A DNA stretch of 63,218 nt, filler included, from Octopus bimaculoides (GCF_001194135.2; 4 parts of 4 records of this genome joined end to end with filler, not necessarily neighbours in it); one strand, 5' to 3'; shown: positions 11,495-23,029, counted from the first letter of the whole stretch. Made by a program: numbers and translations. Notes: generated from the sequence alone by a model not told the origin.

Positions 11495-11740
11495 GCTTTG
11501 TCTCAGTCGTTACACAGCGGCCATGCTGAAGGCACTGCCTTGAAGGGTTTTAGTCGGACAAATCGACTCTAATATGTATTTCTTAAAGCCTGTGTATTTA
11601 TTCCATCGGTAGCTTTCTGCCGAACTGCTAAGTTATGGGGACGTAAACAAACCAACAACAGTTGTCAAGCGCAGAGTGGGGAACAAAGGCATACACACAA
11701 AACACTTATACATATACACACGCACGCACACGCATACTCT

Positions 11741-11774
<34 letters not shown>

Positions 11775-11925
11775 TACACACACACACAGCCATGTATGCG
11801 ACTAGTATGTTTCAGTATCCGTCCACCAGATCTACTTACAAGGCTTTGTTCGGTCCGGGGCCTTAGTAAAAGACACACGTCTAAGGTGTCACGCAGTGGG
11901 ATTGAACCCGGAACCTTGTGGTTGG
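11495..11925 (-). mobile_element. SINE family A
   Basis: Reverse copy with central (CA)/(CT)n tract and head gtcacgcagtgggattgaacccgg. Confidence 0.8.
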
Positions 11926-12344
11926 ATGTTGTCGTTGAAGTTGTTTACGTTCTAGGTATTGCTGTGGTTGTTTTATTGTTTATTGTTCTATTTTAATCGT
12001 TGTATGTGTTGATATTGTTGGCGATGTATTCATCCTATTGTTTTTTTACCGAACTGGTCAACGTTGCTAGTTGATAATTCCCAAATTTGGTTCCATTCTC
12101 TTCCGGTAAAGAAGGATTTTTATCATTTCTATTGTTAGAGGCTACTTTTGCCAATACTCCCATAGCAATTATGAAAGTATTTTTTGTTTTAATGATAACT
12201 GAGTTCAGAATGTCAAATAGTTTCTGGAGAGTGGAAATAATGAAAATCGCTCCTCTACAGCTATAGAGTTACGATTATAGAGAAGCGATGGAAAATTAAA
12301 ACTACTAAATTGGGTAATGTATTTTCAAATGATATACTTTAATA

Positions 12345-12450
12345 GCCACCGAGGTCGACTTTGCCATTCGTCCTTTCGGGTTCGATGAGATAAGTACCAA
12401 TTGAGAACTGGGGTCGATGTAATCGACTAGTCAGACTTTATGCCTCTTTT
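12345..12450 (+). mobile_element. SINE family B fragment (further B pieces at ~12677-12900)
   Basis: ccgaggtcgactttgcc...ataagtacc...ctggggtcgatgtaatcgact. Confidence 0.75.
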
Positions 12451-12478
12451 AGAAAGAATTATCATTATTATTATTATT

Positions 12479-12677
12479 TGGGTTGACTCAGGTTCAGTCT
12501 TATTCCTGGTAGGAATTATGTGGATAGTGGGTTACTACCTGTAACCTTAGGTATCCACAAGTTTCCAGTAGTCTTTCAAGTGCTTAGAACCCTCCTGATA
12601 AGCCTTGCTGTCCCTAAGGGACAACATTTCTTTCGGAGCTCTACTGGGCATTCTATTCCAATCTTCTGCAGACATTC
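12479..12677 (-). mobile_element. R4/Dong-like LINE 3' end
   Basis: Reads ...CLQKIGIECPVEL...LGTARLIRRVLST* plus a short 3' UTR ending at (TTA)n 12458-12478. Confidence 0.7.
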
Positions 12678-13074
12678 TGAGTTCAAATTCTACCGAGGTC
12701 GACTTTGCCTTTCATCCTTTCGAGGTCAATAAAATAAGTAGCAGTCGAGTTATATGGTCGAAGCAATCGACTGGCCTCCTCCCCCAAAATTGCTGACTGT
12801 GTGACAAAATGTGAAACCAATATTTGTATTGCTATTGTCATTATTGTCGCAGAATGGTTAGGAGCCGGAAAAAATGCTTAGCGGAATTTCATCCGTGTTT
12901 AGTATTTGTTTTATTGATGACTAAGGCCTAAATGTAAGATATTTTCTTGGGAGTGGAAATATTTATCAAAATGCTCCTCTACAGTTTCTAAATACAGTAC
13001 AAAATTAGAGAAGCTATGGAAACTTAAAACCACTAAATTACATAATACATCTTAAATGACATATTTTAACAATA

Positions 13075-13129
<55 letters not shown>

Positions 13130-13131
<2 letters not shown>

Positions 13132-14015
13132 TTTGTCTTGTTATTCATCACGTACTTTCACTGCACTACCGAGTGCAGCTCTATGTGCCTTGGGTATGTG
13201 TTGTGGTTTGTTGCGATGCTCTCATTTTCCTTGTACTGGAAGTGTTTTGCGTAGGCTGTGTGCGGTGCCTTGTAGTGCTATTTTTTGTATGTTATATATA
13301 CTTGTTAGCCCTGGTGTTTTTGTTATATATTTGTTTTATCATACCTAATACGCCTTCTATGATAGGAAATGTTTCTGTTTTTAGACTCCACATTCGATTT
13401 ACCTCTATTTCCAGGTCTTTGTATTTTGAAAGTTTCTCCGCTTCTTTTAGAAAACATTGTCATCTGGTGGTGTTGACACATCAATTAGAAACATTTTTTT
13501 TCTTCATGATCTCTGACAACTAAATCCGGACTAGTGGCCTTAATTTCTCTATCTGTGTGTATTGGCAAGTCCCCGAGTATGGTCGCTTTCTCATTTTCTG
13601 TGATCCTTTCTGGTGTGTGCCTATACCATCTTTTTGCTGTTGTTATTCCATAGTGTTTGAACAGCTTCCAGTCTATATAGATCCCAATTCTGTCGTGTCT
13701 GTGAATATATTCCTTCTTAGCCAAGACTGGGTAGCCTGTGACAATATGATTTATTGTTTCTTGTCCATCTCCACATATTCTGCAGTTAGTTGTATTTCTT
13801 TTCATTACATGTTTTAGGTAATTTCTGGTGGGTGGCTTTGGTCTTGTACTGGAATTACAAATCTTTCAGTCTCTTCTTTGTGTCCTGAGCATCTCAGCCA
13901 TTGTTGGGATTTTGTTTTGTCTATTTGTTTGCGTTTAGTTTAACTCAGTATTTGCCATGATGGGCTTCTCTTTCTATCGTTTTATCATGATTCGTTGCTG
14001 TTCTAGTGCAGTAGT
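13130..14015 (-). mobile_element. R4/Dong-like LINE 3' portion (CCHC, RLE, 3' UTR) with (TAA)n tail
   Basis: ORF 13485-13805 reads CRICGDGQETINHIVTGYPVLAKKEYIHRHDR...PDLVVRD; the 3' end abuts (TTA)n 13076-13129. Confidence 0.9.
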
Positions 14016-14109
14016 GGCTCGGGAGTCAGTGGTTGATGATGCGCAGACATACGCTAAGGCTACGACATCTCCAGAGTTTCCTTGACGGTGAGCAGGTGTA
14101 GTCGCTGTT

Positions 14110-15520
14110 CGCATGAAATCCAACATAAGTTAAGAAATATAGAAGGCCAAGAAAACATAAAAATAACTACAAAAATGATAAAAAAAGCAGTTAAGAAAAT
14201 TCCCAAATTGGAAGAGTCCAGGACCGGATGGGGTCCAAGGTTATTGGACGAAGAAACTGAGAGGGCTCCATGAAAGGATAGCGCAACAGCTAGATGAGTG
14301 CTTGCATAAAGGTGCAGTGACAAAGAGAAAGATATTGTTATGTGCCAATGATCCTGTAAAAAGAAATTTTGCATCCAATAACGTTCGTTTTGCTAATGTG
14401 GAAACTAATATCAGGTTCTTTGGCTGGTGAACAGTATAGATACTTGTAAAAAGTGGGCTGCTACCTATTGAACAGAAAGGGTGCCGAAAGAGGAGTCGGG
14501 GAACGAAGGATCAGCTCTTAATTGATAATCTAATTATCAGGAACTGCAAGAGAAGACACACAAACCTGAGCATGGCTTGTGTTGACTATTGTAAATCATA
14601 CAGTATGATACCATATGGAATGGTAAAAAATATGAGAAGTCTTATATGGAATAGCATGAAGTGCTGGAGAACGGAATTGACAACAGGGAATCAAGTATTA
14701 GGACAGGTGAAAATCAAGAGAGGCATCTTCTAAGGGGACAATGTGTCTCCACTGATCAGAAACAAAGAAAATAAAGTTGGGATATGATCTGGGAAGAGGT
14801 AAGGGAAAACTGAACCACGTGCTGTTCCTAGACGACCTGAAGCTATTCACAAAAAATGAGGCAGAACTGGACAGCCTAGTCCAGTCTGTAAAGATTTTCT
14901 CCAATGATATTACGATGGAGTTTGGACTCTCAAAATGTACTACGATGGTGATGAAACTAGGAAAGCTTGTCAGGACAGAAGGCATAAGGTTGCCAAGTGG
15001 TGAAATGATGGAGGCAATTCAACCTGAATCCAGCTATAAATACTTGGGAATACTTGAGTCAGATGGAATCAACCACAACGACATGAGAGAAAAGACAAAA
15101 AGAGAGTACTTGCGGCGAGTGAGTAAAATATTACTTTCAAAGCTCAATACTAGAAACATAATTTCGGTAATAAACTCACGTGCAGTCGCAGAGGTTCGGT
15201 ATGATGCTGGAATCTTGAAGTGGACAGAGGAGGAGCTAAAGGAGATGGACAGAAAGTCAAGAAAGCTCCTAATGATGCATGGAGCCCATCATCCCCGTGC
15301 AGACACTGATCGCGTATACATGAGGAGAGCAAATAGAGGAAGGGGATTGATAAGTATGGAAAACTGCGTGCGTATCGAACTCGAGAGCTTAATGGAATAC
15401 CTAGCCCAAAGTAAGGAAACCTTGCTAGTGACAGTTAGGAACGAGGGAGTATTGAAAGCAGAGAAAAAAAGAAAAACAAAGGAAAATGTACAAAAAAGGA
15501 CATGGAGAAGGAGCCGCTGT
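14110..15520 (+). mobile_element. R4/Dong-like LINE reverse transcriptase fragment (second subfamily), pseudogenised
   Basis: [52 protein letters not shown] and HHPRADTDRVYM...GRGL. Longest ORF is 14777-15529; stops and frameshifts upstream. Confidence 0.9.
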
Positions 15521-15539
15521 GCTTTGTAGTGATCCAGCC

Positions 15540-16630
15540 TCTGAAACGGGTCCGAAACCGCCTGCTATCAGGACGGCTTTGAAGTAGCGATGATCAACTC
15601 TATCGAATGCTTTGGATTAATCCAAAGTGATCAGAGCGACCCCGAAGTCAGCTTTGATCTCAGCCTTCTCTGTGATGTATCGCAAGCAGAGGTTGTTGTG
15701 GATAGACCTGTTCGAGGTTGCGCGCGTTTGCGCTTCCACGATCAGGCTATCGACGACAAGCTCCAACCTTTTCGCTAAATACCTTGGCCAAAATCTTAAA
15801 CTCTGCGCTTAGCAGAATTATGAGCCGAAAATTCCGTAGTATCTCCCTATTGTTGGAGTCCTTCCTCAGCAATGTCACTACACTCCGGCTAACAGCACTA
15901 GGAATTCTCTCACATCTGCCAAGAGGTCGCCAAGCAAATCTGACATGAATACATAGAATTCATACGGCAGACCATCCAAACTTGGCGATTTGCAACCTGT
16001 GCAATTGCACATCGCCTCCCGATTTTCAGTGGCTTTTATCGGCTTTTCACACAACCACGCGTCGGCTGCTGCGAGCTGCGGAACGTCGTCGAGATGCGAA
16101 CTAAAGTCCATTACTGTCGTCGACCTATCGCCCTCACAGTTCGGGCCCATCGGATATCTTTAGTTCCTTCGCTTTTGAGCGTACGGGCCTTAGCTCTGAC
16201 AACGCAACTTTCGTGTTTCACTTCGAAATGTTCACGAGTCATTCTCGCTGCTTATACATCGGTCGCTATGCCTTTACTAATCGCCTATTCTAATTTTCTA
16301 ACTAGCTCAATCCCTAATCTATTCCTTTCTGTTGCTAACTCTCTGCTAAACGCTATCAATTCTATTCTAATCGCCCTCTTTAGAGTGAGCCTTCACCAGT
16401 TGTTGACGATTGCCCCTATCAACTACCGCTTACTTAGTTCACTAATCCATTCCCTGTAGTCTTTGTGTGCCGATAAGGACGCGATTAACTTCCAGTTACT
16501 GGGTTCCAGTTTACGAGTCCTATCTAACTCGACTGTGGAAATCACAAACTTGTGACCTGTGTAGCCGATCAAGATTTCAGATTTTGGCATCACGCCTGAA
16601 ATTTCGGGATACAGTCGAGCCCTAGTACTT
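15540..16630 (-). mobile_element. L1/Tx1-clade LINE ORF2 fragment (APE C-terminus, linker, RT domains 0-3)
   Basis: GYTGHKFV...WKLIASL (APE end), KSPSLDGLPYEFY, FRLIILLSAEFKILAK and SKAFDRVDHRYF; several stops. Confidence 0.85.
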
Positions 16631-16634
16631 GACT

Positions 16635-16750
16635 GGTGCCTTATTTCATTGATTCCGAAAGGATGTATATCAAAGATTACTTGGTGGGAATTTGAACGCA
16701 AGGAATCGAAAGAAATACCGCTAAGTATTTTGTCTGCGCAAACGAACTAA
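16635..16750 (-). mobile_element. SINE family B fragment
   Basis: ccgaaaggatg...ggaatttgaacgc...aaataccgctaag. Confidence 0.6.
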
Positions 16751-17035
16751 AGTGTTTGATTTATGGAACATTCAGCTTCTATTTCTCGCGGGTCGTTTGA
16801 CTACGAAGAAGCATCCTCATTAGTTTCTGATAATGCTGTCTTCTATGTATCAGCATAAAGATTTAGTGACGACTGTAAGTAGAATCACGGTGAGTCTCTT
16901 ATCGGATGGTTAATACAAGGGAGATAATCATTGCTTCCTAATATTTGACGGGATAAGAAGTTTGAACACGTATTTAATTTTGTTGTTGTTTACTTATTAG
17001 GAAGTTCTTAAAATTTCTAGAATATTAACGTAAAA

Positions 17036-17085
17036 AGGGAATGTGTGTGTGTGTGTGTGTGTGTGTGAATGAGAGAGAGGGGGGG

Positions 17086-17166
<81 letters not shown>
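17036..17166. repeat. Compound (GT)n/(GA)n microsatellite
   Basis: Directly visible. Confidence 0.95.
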
Positions 17167-17168
<2 letters not shown>

Positions 17169-17380
17169 AACATTCTGCAATCAAGCGAATTGAAAATAAG
17201 CATTCCATGAGTAGTGACTGAGTCACGTTTGCTTACGTTGATTTTGAAATTTGGATTGATATAACTTCCTTCTGTATTCATACCAAACAAACTTTTAGAA
17301 TTACTAGAAACATGAAAAAACATGAAAGCAACAGAAAATAATATCAATTGTGCTGTAAAATTGCAACGAAAAATTACATA

Positions 17381-17597
17381 TGAGGGGGTGCTGAAAAGTT
17401 CCTGGTTTTAAGGGTATCACGAAAGGCCTGGCTGGAAGCCCAACCTTCCGAGTTCTTTTTACAGAGCATAGAAAAATTGAAGGACAGCTGCAGTAAGTGT
17501 GTGAATCTGAGAGGGGAATGCTTTGAATCAAATTATAATTAATTGATCCTCCCGTATTTTCCTTTACCCAAATCCAGGAAATTTCAGCACCCCTTCG
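17381..17597 (+). mobile_element. Mariner-derived MITE (TA-flanked, ~25-bp TIRs)
   Basis: TA|tgagggggtgctgaaaagttcctgg ... ccaggaaatttcagcaccccttcg|TA. The interior encodes the mariner C-terminus FLQSIEKLKDSCSKCVNLRGECFES*. Confidence 0.85.
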
Positions 17598-17889
17598 TAT
17601 ATATGTATTAATAATAAAGTACAATTCGCTTAAATACAGAGTTAACAAGTGCTAATTAATACCAAATAATTGTATTCAAGCAACACATTGCTTTTGTTGT
17701 AGCCTATACTTCAAACACATGAGAAAATATAATTACTTTGTTCATATTCAGAAGACTTCTAAGTGGTTCTGAAGTGTTTCTGACATACACACTATTTTAG
17801 TATATATTCAACAAAGCATTACACTGCTTCATTTATAGCTGCACGTTAAAAGTCGGACGTTGTTCCTAAATATTCAATGCTTTATATTC

Positions 17890-18566
17890 GCTCCGGATGC
17901 TCCAATACGAACATTTCAGAGGGTGTGGGTGTCAATCTAAGGACACTGCAATCTGAAGACATGTACCGTGAGTGATAAAAATCAAACATCCAGTCAATGT
18001 TTGGAGTGATCACTAGTGATGGCTAACTTATGCCTACATTCATCTCCTCACACGGCCTCAGACTCAACATGGAGGCCTACATCAAATGCCTGGAGGAGAT
18101 AGTGCTGCCCTGGGTCTAGAGGGTGGCTGCTGGAAGATCCTATGTCTGGCAACAGGACTCTTCACCATGCCACACAAGCAGGAGAACCGAGTCATGGCTG
18201 TCAGACAATTTCTGCGACCATATCACCCCTAATATCTAACCCGCTAACTCTCTAGACTATAACCCACTTGATTATTATGTGTTGAGTGCAGTTGAGCGAG
18301 GGACCAACCCAAAGATGAACTGAAGGCAAGGATTATGACAGTATTCACCAACTTAAATAAGGAGATCGCCCAGAAGAGCTGCAGGGGATTCCGAAGTCGT
18401 CTGGATGCCGTGGTTGAAGCCAATGTCGATTTCACTGAATAAATTTACTTTTTGGTATTTCAAGATAGTTTTTATGTAATTTTGGTAAATATATCTGTTT
18501 AAATGAGATGCCAGTGTTATTTTCATTTTTGCGTAATCTAGAGGAGAGTTCATTCACCGCACTCTG
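17890..18566 (+). pseudogene. Tc1/mariner DD37D (maT-type) transposase relic with internal deletion and 3' terminus
   Basis: HTH start GCSNTNISEGVGVNLRTLQ, then WQQDSSPCHTS...NSLDYNPLDYYV. There are 37 residues between D (18156) and D (18270). It ends ...caccgcactctg|TA and contains in-frame stops. Confidence 0.85.
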
Positions 18567-18569
18567 TAT

Positions 18570-18602
<33 letters not shown>

Positions 18603-18659
18603 CACATAAAGAATGGGGTGAATTGATTTCGTCATGATAGATAGCTAACCACTACACAC

Positions 18660-18832
18660 ATTTTTTTTCCTTTGCTTATTTCTCTCCTTGTTTCTTTGTG
18701 CGTTCCTTTCTGTGCAAGAGTGTAGGCTCGAAACGTTAAACACTTTTCAATTCCCGAGCGTTAGGCTAATACATCTGTTTGTTTTCTACACCACCTGTTT
18801 TCCTCTGTCGTTTTCTTGTGAATTCTCCCTAT
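18660..18832 (+). repeat. Short interspersed repeat with Penelope-type terminal motif
   Basis: ctgtgcaagagtgtaggctcgaaacgt stem-loop plus GAAAC; ends at (TA)n. Confidence 0.5.
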
Positions 18833-19200
18833 ATATATATATATNNNNNNNNNNNNNNNNNNNNNNNNNNNNNNNNNNNNNNNNNNNNNNNNNNNNNNNN
18901 NNNNNNNNNNNNNNNNNNNNNNNNNNNNNNNNNNNNNNNNNNNNNNNNNNNNNNNNNNNNNNNNNNNNNNNNNNNNNNNNNNNNNNNNNNNNNNNNNNNN
19001 NNNNNNNNNNNNNNNNNNNNNNNNNNNNNNNNNNNNNNNNNNNNNNNNNNNNNNNNNNNNNNNNNNNNNNNNNNNNNNNNNNNNNNNNNNNNNNNNNNNN
19101 NNNNNNNNNNNNNNNNNNNNNNNNNNNNNNNNNNNNNNNNNNNNNNNNNNNNNNNNNNNNNNNNNNNNNNNNNNNNNNNNNNNNNNNNNNNNNNNNNNNN

Positions 19201-19254
<54 letters not shown>

Positions 19255-19371
19255 TTTGTGCGTGTGAGCGTGCGTGTGTATGCTTGAATGTACATGATCT
19301 TTTTTTCCCGATGGCTCAGACTTCCTCGGAAACTTTTAATAAATAGGCAAGACAAGAAGGCATTAAGGCGG

Positions 19372-19590
19372 CGATCATTGTAGAATCGTTAGAGCATCGT
19401 ATAAAACGCCTCGCGGTATTTCTTGTTCTTCATTGCATACTGAATACAAATCCCATCGAAGTCAACTTTGTCATTCTCCCTCTCGGGGTCGATGAGATAA
19501 AGTAACTTTGAAATGCTAGGGTCGATGTAAACGACTTGCCTACTGCTCCACTCACCTCAGACTTCGCCGCGCTTGTGACAAAAGGACAAA
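19372..19590 (+). mobile_element. SINE family B
   Basis: aaggcggcga...gaatcgttag head, ctcggggtcgatgagataaagta, ggggtcgatgtaaacgact. Confidence 0.75.
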
Positions 19591-19939
19591 GAGTAACTAA
19601 GCAAAGCATATTATGATAATTGACACTTGTGATGATACTAGGATTGGTGTGGCCTAAATTTTGATAAATGAGACAATGCTCTACAGTTAGTTGTCAAAGG
19701 ATTATTGGGACGTTAACCACTCAACAAGTGTCCGATAATAATACTTCTGTGACAATTTGCAATGCTATCCTCATTAACAAACCATTTTAAGCTTTATAAC
19801 TTCTATATAACTATACGTTACAAGTGTTGGCTTTAGGTTTATACTCATTAAAACAAGTTAAAATATTTTCGCCCGTCTAGTGAGGTATTCCCATCTGATC
19901 TGTTGAACAAAAACTCCCCCCCCCCCTCTATAAATATAT

Positions 19940-20085
19940 GATAGGCTTCAACACACTTTCTGTCTAACAAATTCACTCTCATGGCATTGGTCAGTCCGGG
20001 GTTAAAGTAGAAAACCTTTACCCAAGGTGCCTCACAGTGGAACTGAACCTGAAACAACATGGCTGTAAAGCGATCTCTCATAACC
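19940..20085 (-). mobile_element. SINE family A 5' fragment
   Basis: cccaaggtgcctcacagtggaactgaacctgaaac. Confidence 0.65.
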
Positions 20086-20996
20086 ACGTGAGATTGAGTT
20101 AAGTAAAACCAAAACGAATTATATTTAAACTCTGGGACAGAAAAAGGTAAGACAAAATGATGTTGGTATTTTATTTAGTGACCAACAATTTATATCATCC
20201 GGCCACTGTGCGAGCCAATACATAGTCAATCGACTTGCTGGAAATAGCAACGAAATGCACCAGCATGACCGCAGCCACTTGGCTGAAGCACATAAATAAA
20301 AAAAATTTAAAAAAACTGTTTAAAATGAGGAAATTATATTTTAATCGTTACAGTTGAAATACCTTTGATCATAGATGTGTCCTTTCAGTCTGGTCCTTGC
20401 TACACGAAAAACAAAACAGAAAGCATATATATAAAACAATTCCTTTCTGGAATAATGGTTCTCGAAGCACATCACATAAAACTATATTTACAACCCAATA
20501 TTTACATGCGATATGCTTCGAGAACTGTTATTCCCCAAAAGAATTATTTGAGATCCTCTCGAAAGTCTATNNNNNNNNNNNNNNNNNNNNNNNNNNNNNN
20601 NNNNNNNNNNNNNNNNNNNNNNNNNNNNNNNNNNNNNNNNNNNNNNNNNNNNNNNNNNNNNNNNNNNNNNNNNNNNNNNNNNNNNNNNNNNNNNNNNNNN
20701 NNNNNNNNNNNNNNNNNNNNNNNNNNNNNNNNNNNNNNNNNNNNNNNNNNNNNNNNNNNNNNNNNNNNNNNNNNNNNNNNNNNNNNNNNNNNNNNNNNNN
20801 NNNNNNNNNNNNNNNNNNNNNNNNNNNNNNNNNNNNNNNNNNNNNNNNNNNNNNNNNNNNNNNNNNNNNNNNNNNNNNNNNNNNNNNNNNNNNNNNNNNN
20901 NNNNNNNNNNNNNNNNNNNNNNNNNNNNNNNNNNNNNNNNNNNNNNNNNNNNNNNNNNNNNNNNNNNNNNNNNNNNNNNNNNNNNNNNNNNNNNNA

Positions 20997-21308
20997 TAAG
21001 GGATGACCAGGCGGCGCCTGGCTAAGGCTTGGCTACTCTGCATTGACAAGGGGCAACACCCTGAAACTAGTCTAGTCTGCAGATGCCAAACCAGCAGGGG
21101 GACACTGCTGACCTCCCCTGTTCGAAGGTTATAAAGGACACAGGTTTCGTGTGTCACATAGCTAGCTAGAGGCGATGGCTTCTTGGAGCTAATTCACGGC
21201 AGCTTTCGTCCTAATTTTGGGACTGCCATGTTGGCTTGGCGATAACTATTAATTTCCAGTACCGCTGCCGTAGTCTCCTTTAGAGAGACTTAGAAATATT
21301 AATAACTC
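20997..21308. repeat. Unclassified young repeat, copy 1 (identical over 233 bp to 62571-62924)
   Basis: 21076-21308 matches 62571-62924 base for base; ends at (TA)n. Confidence 0.85.
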
Positions 21309-22133
21309 TATATATATATATATATATATATATACATACATGCACACACACTCACATGCATTGTTTTGCCATACGTCATCCTGTGATGCAACGGGACACA
21401 TCATTAGTGAGGTTTCCTGAAGTCATTAACTGTTTCAGGTTTTTCAGCATCAGATACCATACCCCAAGGTAACCCAATCGGGGTTGATCAAACCCCATCC
21501 CATATTATGTACAGTGATATACATCTATTATAGTATATTACCGAAGTTATAAATGAAAATTTCGATCCTCTCATGAATAGAACTTTAGACCGTGGGTCAT
21601 CGGACGATATACATCACACTTCTAGCTGGCATGTGTACCGTCCTCAATCGTATCCTAATATGTAAAGAACACAGCCTCTATATGTACATATATGTTTAAA
21701 CACACCTCGCCTCTTGAAAAGAATTGTTGACTCTACCCACTTACGTCAATATAGTAGTAAATTGTTATTATTTGTTGTAGCCAGTATACTTAGAGCAGAC
21801 GCTGGCCAGAGGAGTGTCAAAATGTAAGTATATCCTAAAAAATGTTAATTGTTGTTTATAGAAACTCAAAACAATAATTAGCTTTGCGATTGAATTTCTG
21901 AGCTAATTATTTAATTTACTATTTAATATTTTAGTAAAGTTTTTTATTGAACGATTCTATAGAAAGTCACATATATATATTTTTTTAATAACGGTTTGAA
22001 ATGTTGGTATAATGCCAACGATTTGTTAAGGTTAAGAATACGTAGATTACATCGATCCTGTGTACAACTGGTACTTATTTTATCAACTCTGAAAGGATTA
22101 AAGGCTAAGTCGATCCTGCGGGTATATCTTTCT

Positions 22134-22240
22134 TTAATAATGATTTAATTTATTTTTTTAATAATGATTTAATTTATTTTTTAATAATGATTTAATTTAT
22201 TTTTTAATAATGATTTAATTTATTTTTTAATATGATTTCA
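22134..22240. repeat. ~24-bp AT-rich minisatellite (aataatgatttaatttatttttt) x4
   Basis: Tandem copies are directly visible. Confidence 0.85.
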
Positions 22241-22416
22241 TATAATTAGGATTTAAACATGGCTACTATGAGGATAAACTGGGTTTGTTTCACACATGTA
22301 CGAACGTTATTCTAATAAATTCCTTTCTACACACAAGTTATATACACATCTAATTATTTATAATGGAGAGAGAGAACGAGAGAGCGAGAGAGAGAGTGAC
22401 AGAGAGNNNNNNNNNN

Positions 22417-22480
<64 letters not shown>

Positions 22481-22679
22481 GGTGGTGAAGAGAGAGACAA
22501 TTAGACGGACAGACAAAATGAAAGAAAGAGAGAACGGCATGTATATATGCATATGCTTCTATGTGTGTGTTTAAGGAGGTTAGCATGCATAATTACAGTG
22601 TTTACATAATATAGATATAAACGCATCATAAATTATGCAAATAATATATTTGTGTGTTTCAGGAAATTAATATATATAT

Positions 22680-22850
22680 AATCCTTTCTATCATGAGCAC
22701 AAGGTCTGACATTTTTGGGAGGAGGGGGCAAGTCGATTACATCGACCCCAGTGTTTCATTGGTACTTGATTTGTCGACTCCGAAAGGATGAAAGGCAAAG
22801 TCAACCTCGGCGGAATTTGAATCCAGAACGTGAAGACAGACGAAATAGAT
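22680..22850 (-). mobile_element. SINE family B
   Basis: gtcgattacatcgaccccagtg...ccgaaaggatgaaaggcaaagtcaacctcggcggaatttgaa. Confidence 0.8.
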
Positions 22851-23029
22851 TAACATATATAATTACAACATTTACTTATCATAGATCGATAAACTATCCC
22901 AAATTGAGCAAATGACGTATTTAGAAGCATAATTAAAGTTTAGAAGCGGCGAATAGTAGCCTAGGAGTGTTTTTAATTATTGATATAAATAAAACAAATG
23001 GAATTACATCTGATTAGTTAGAATTATAT

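Noticed and set aside
13130-15520. Back-to-back LINE pieces as one twin-primed (5'-inverted) insertion
   Set aside because: The geometry fits, but the RT/thumb at 14110-15520 matches the 50711 subfamily, whereas 13130-14015 matches the 2590-3915 subfamily, whose thumb sequence is quite different. Two separate elements are more likely.
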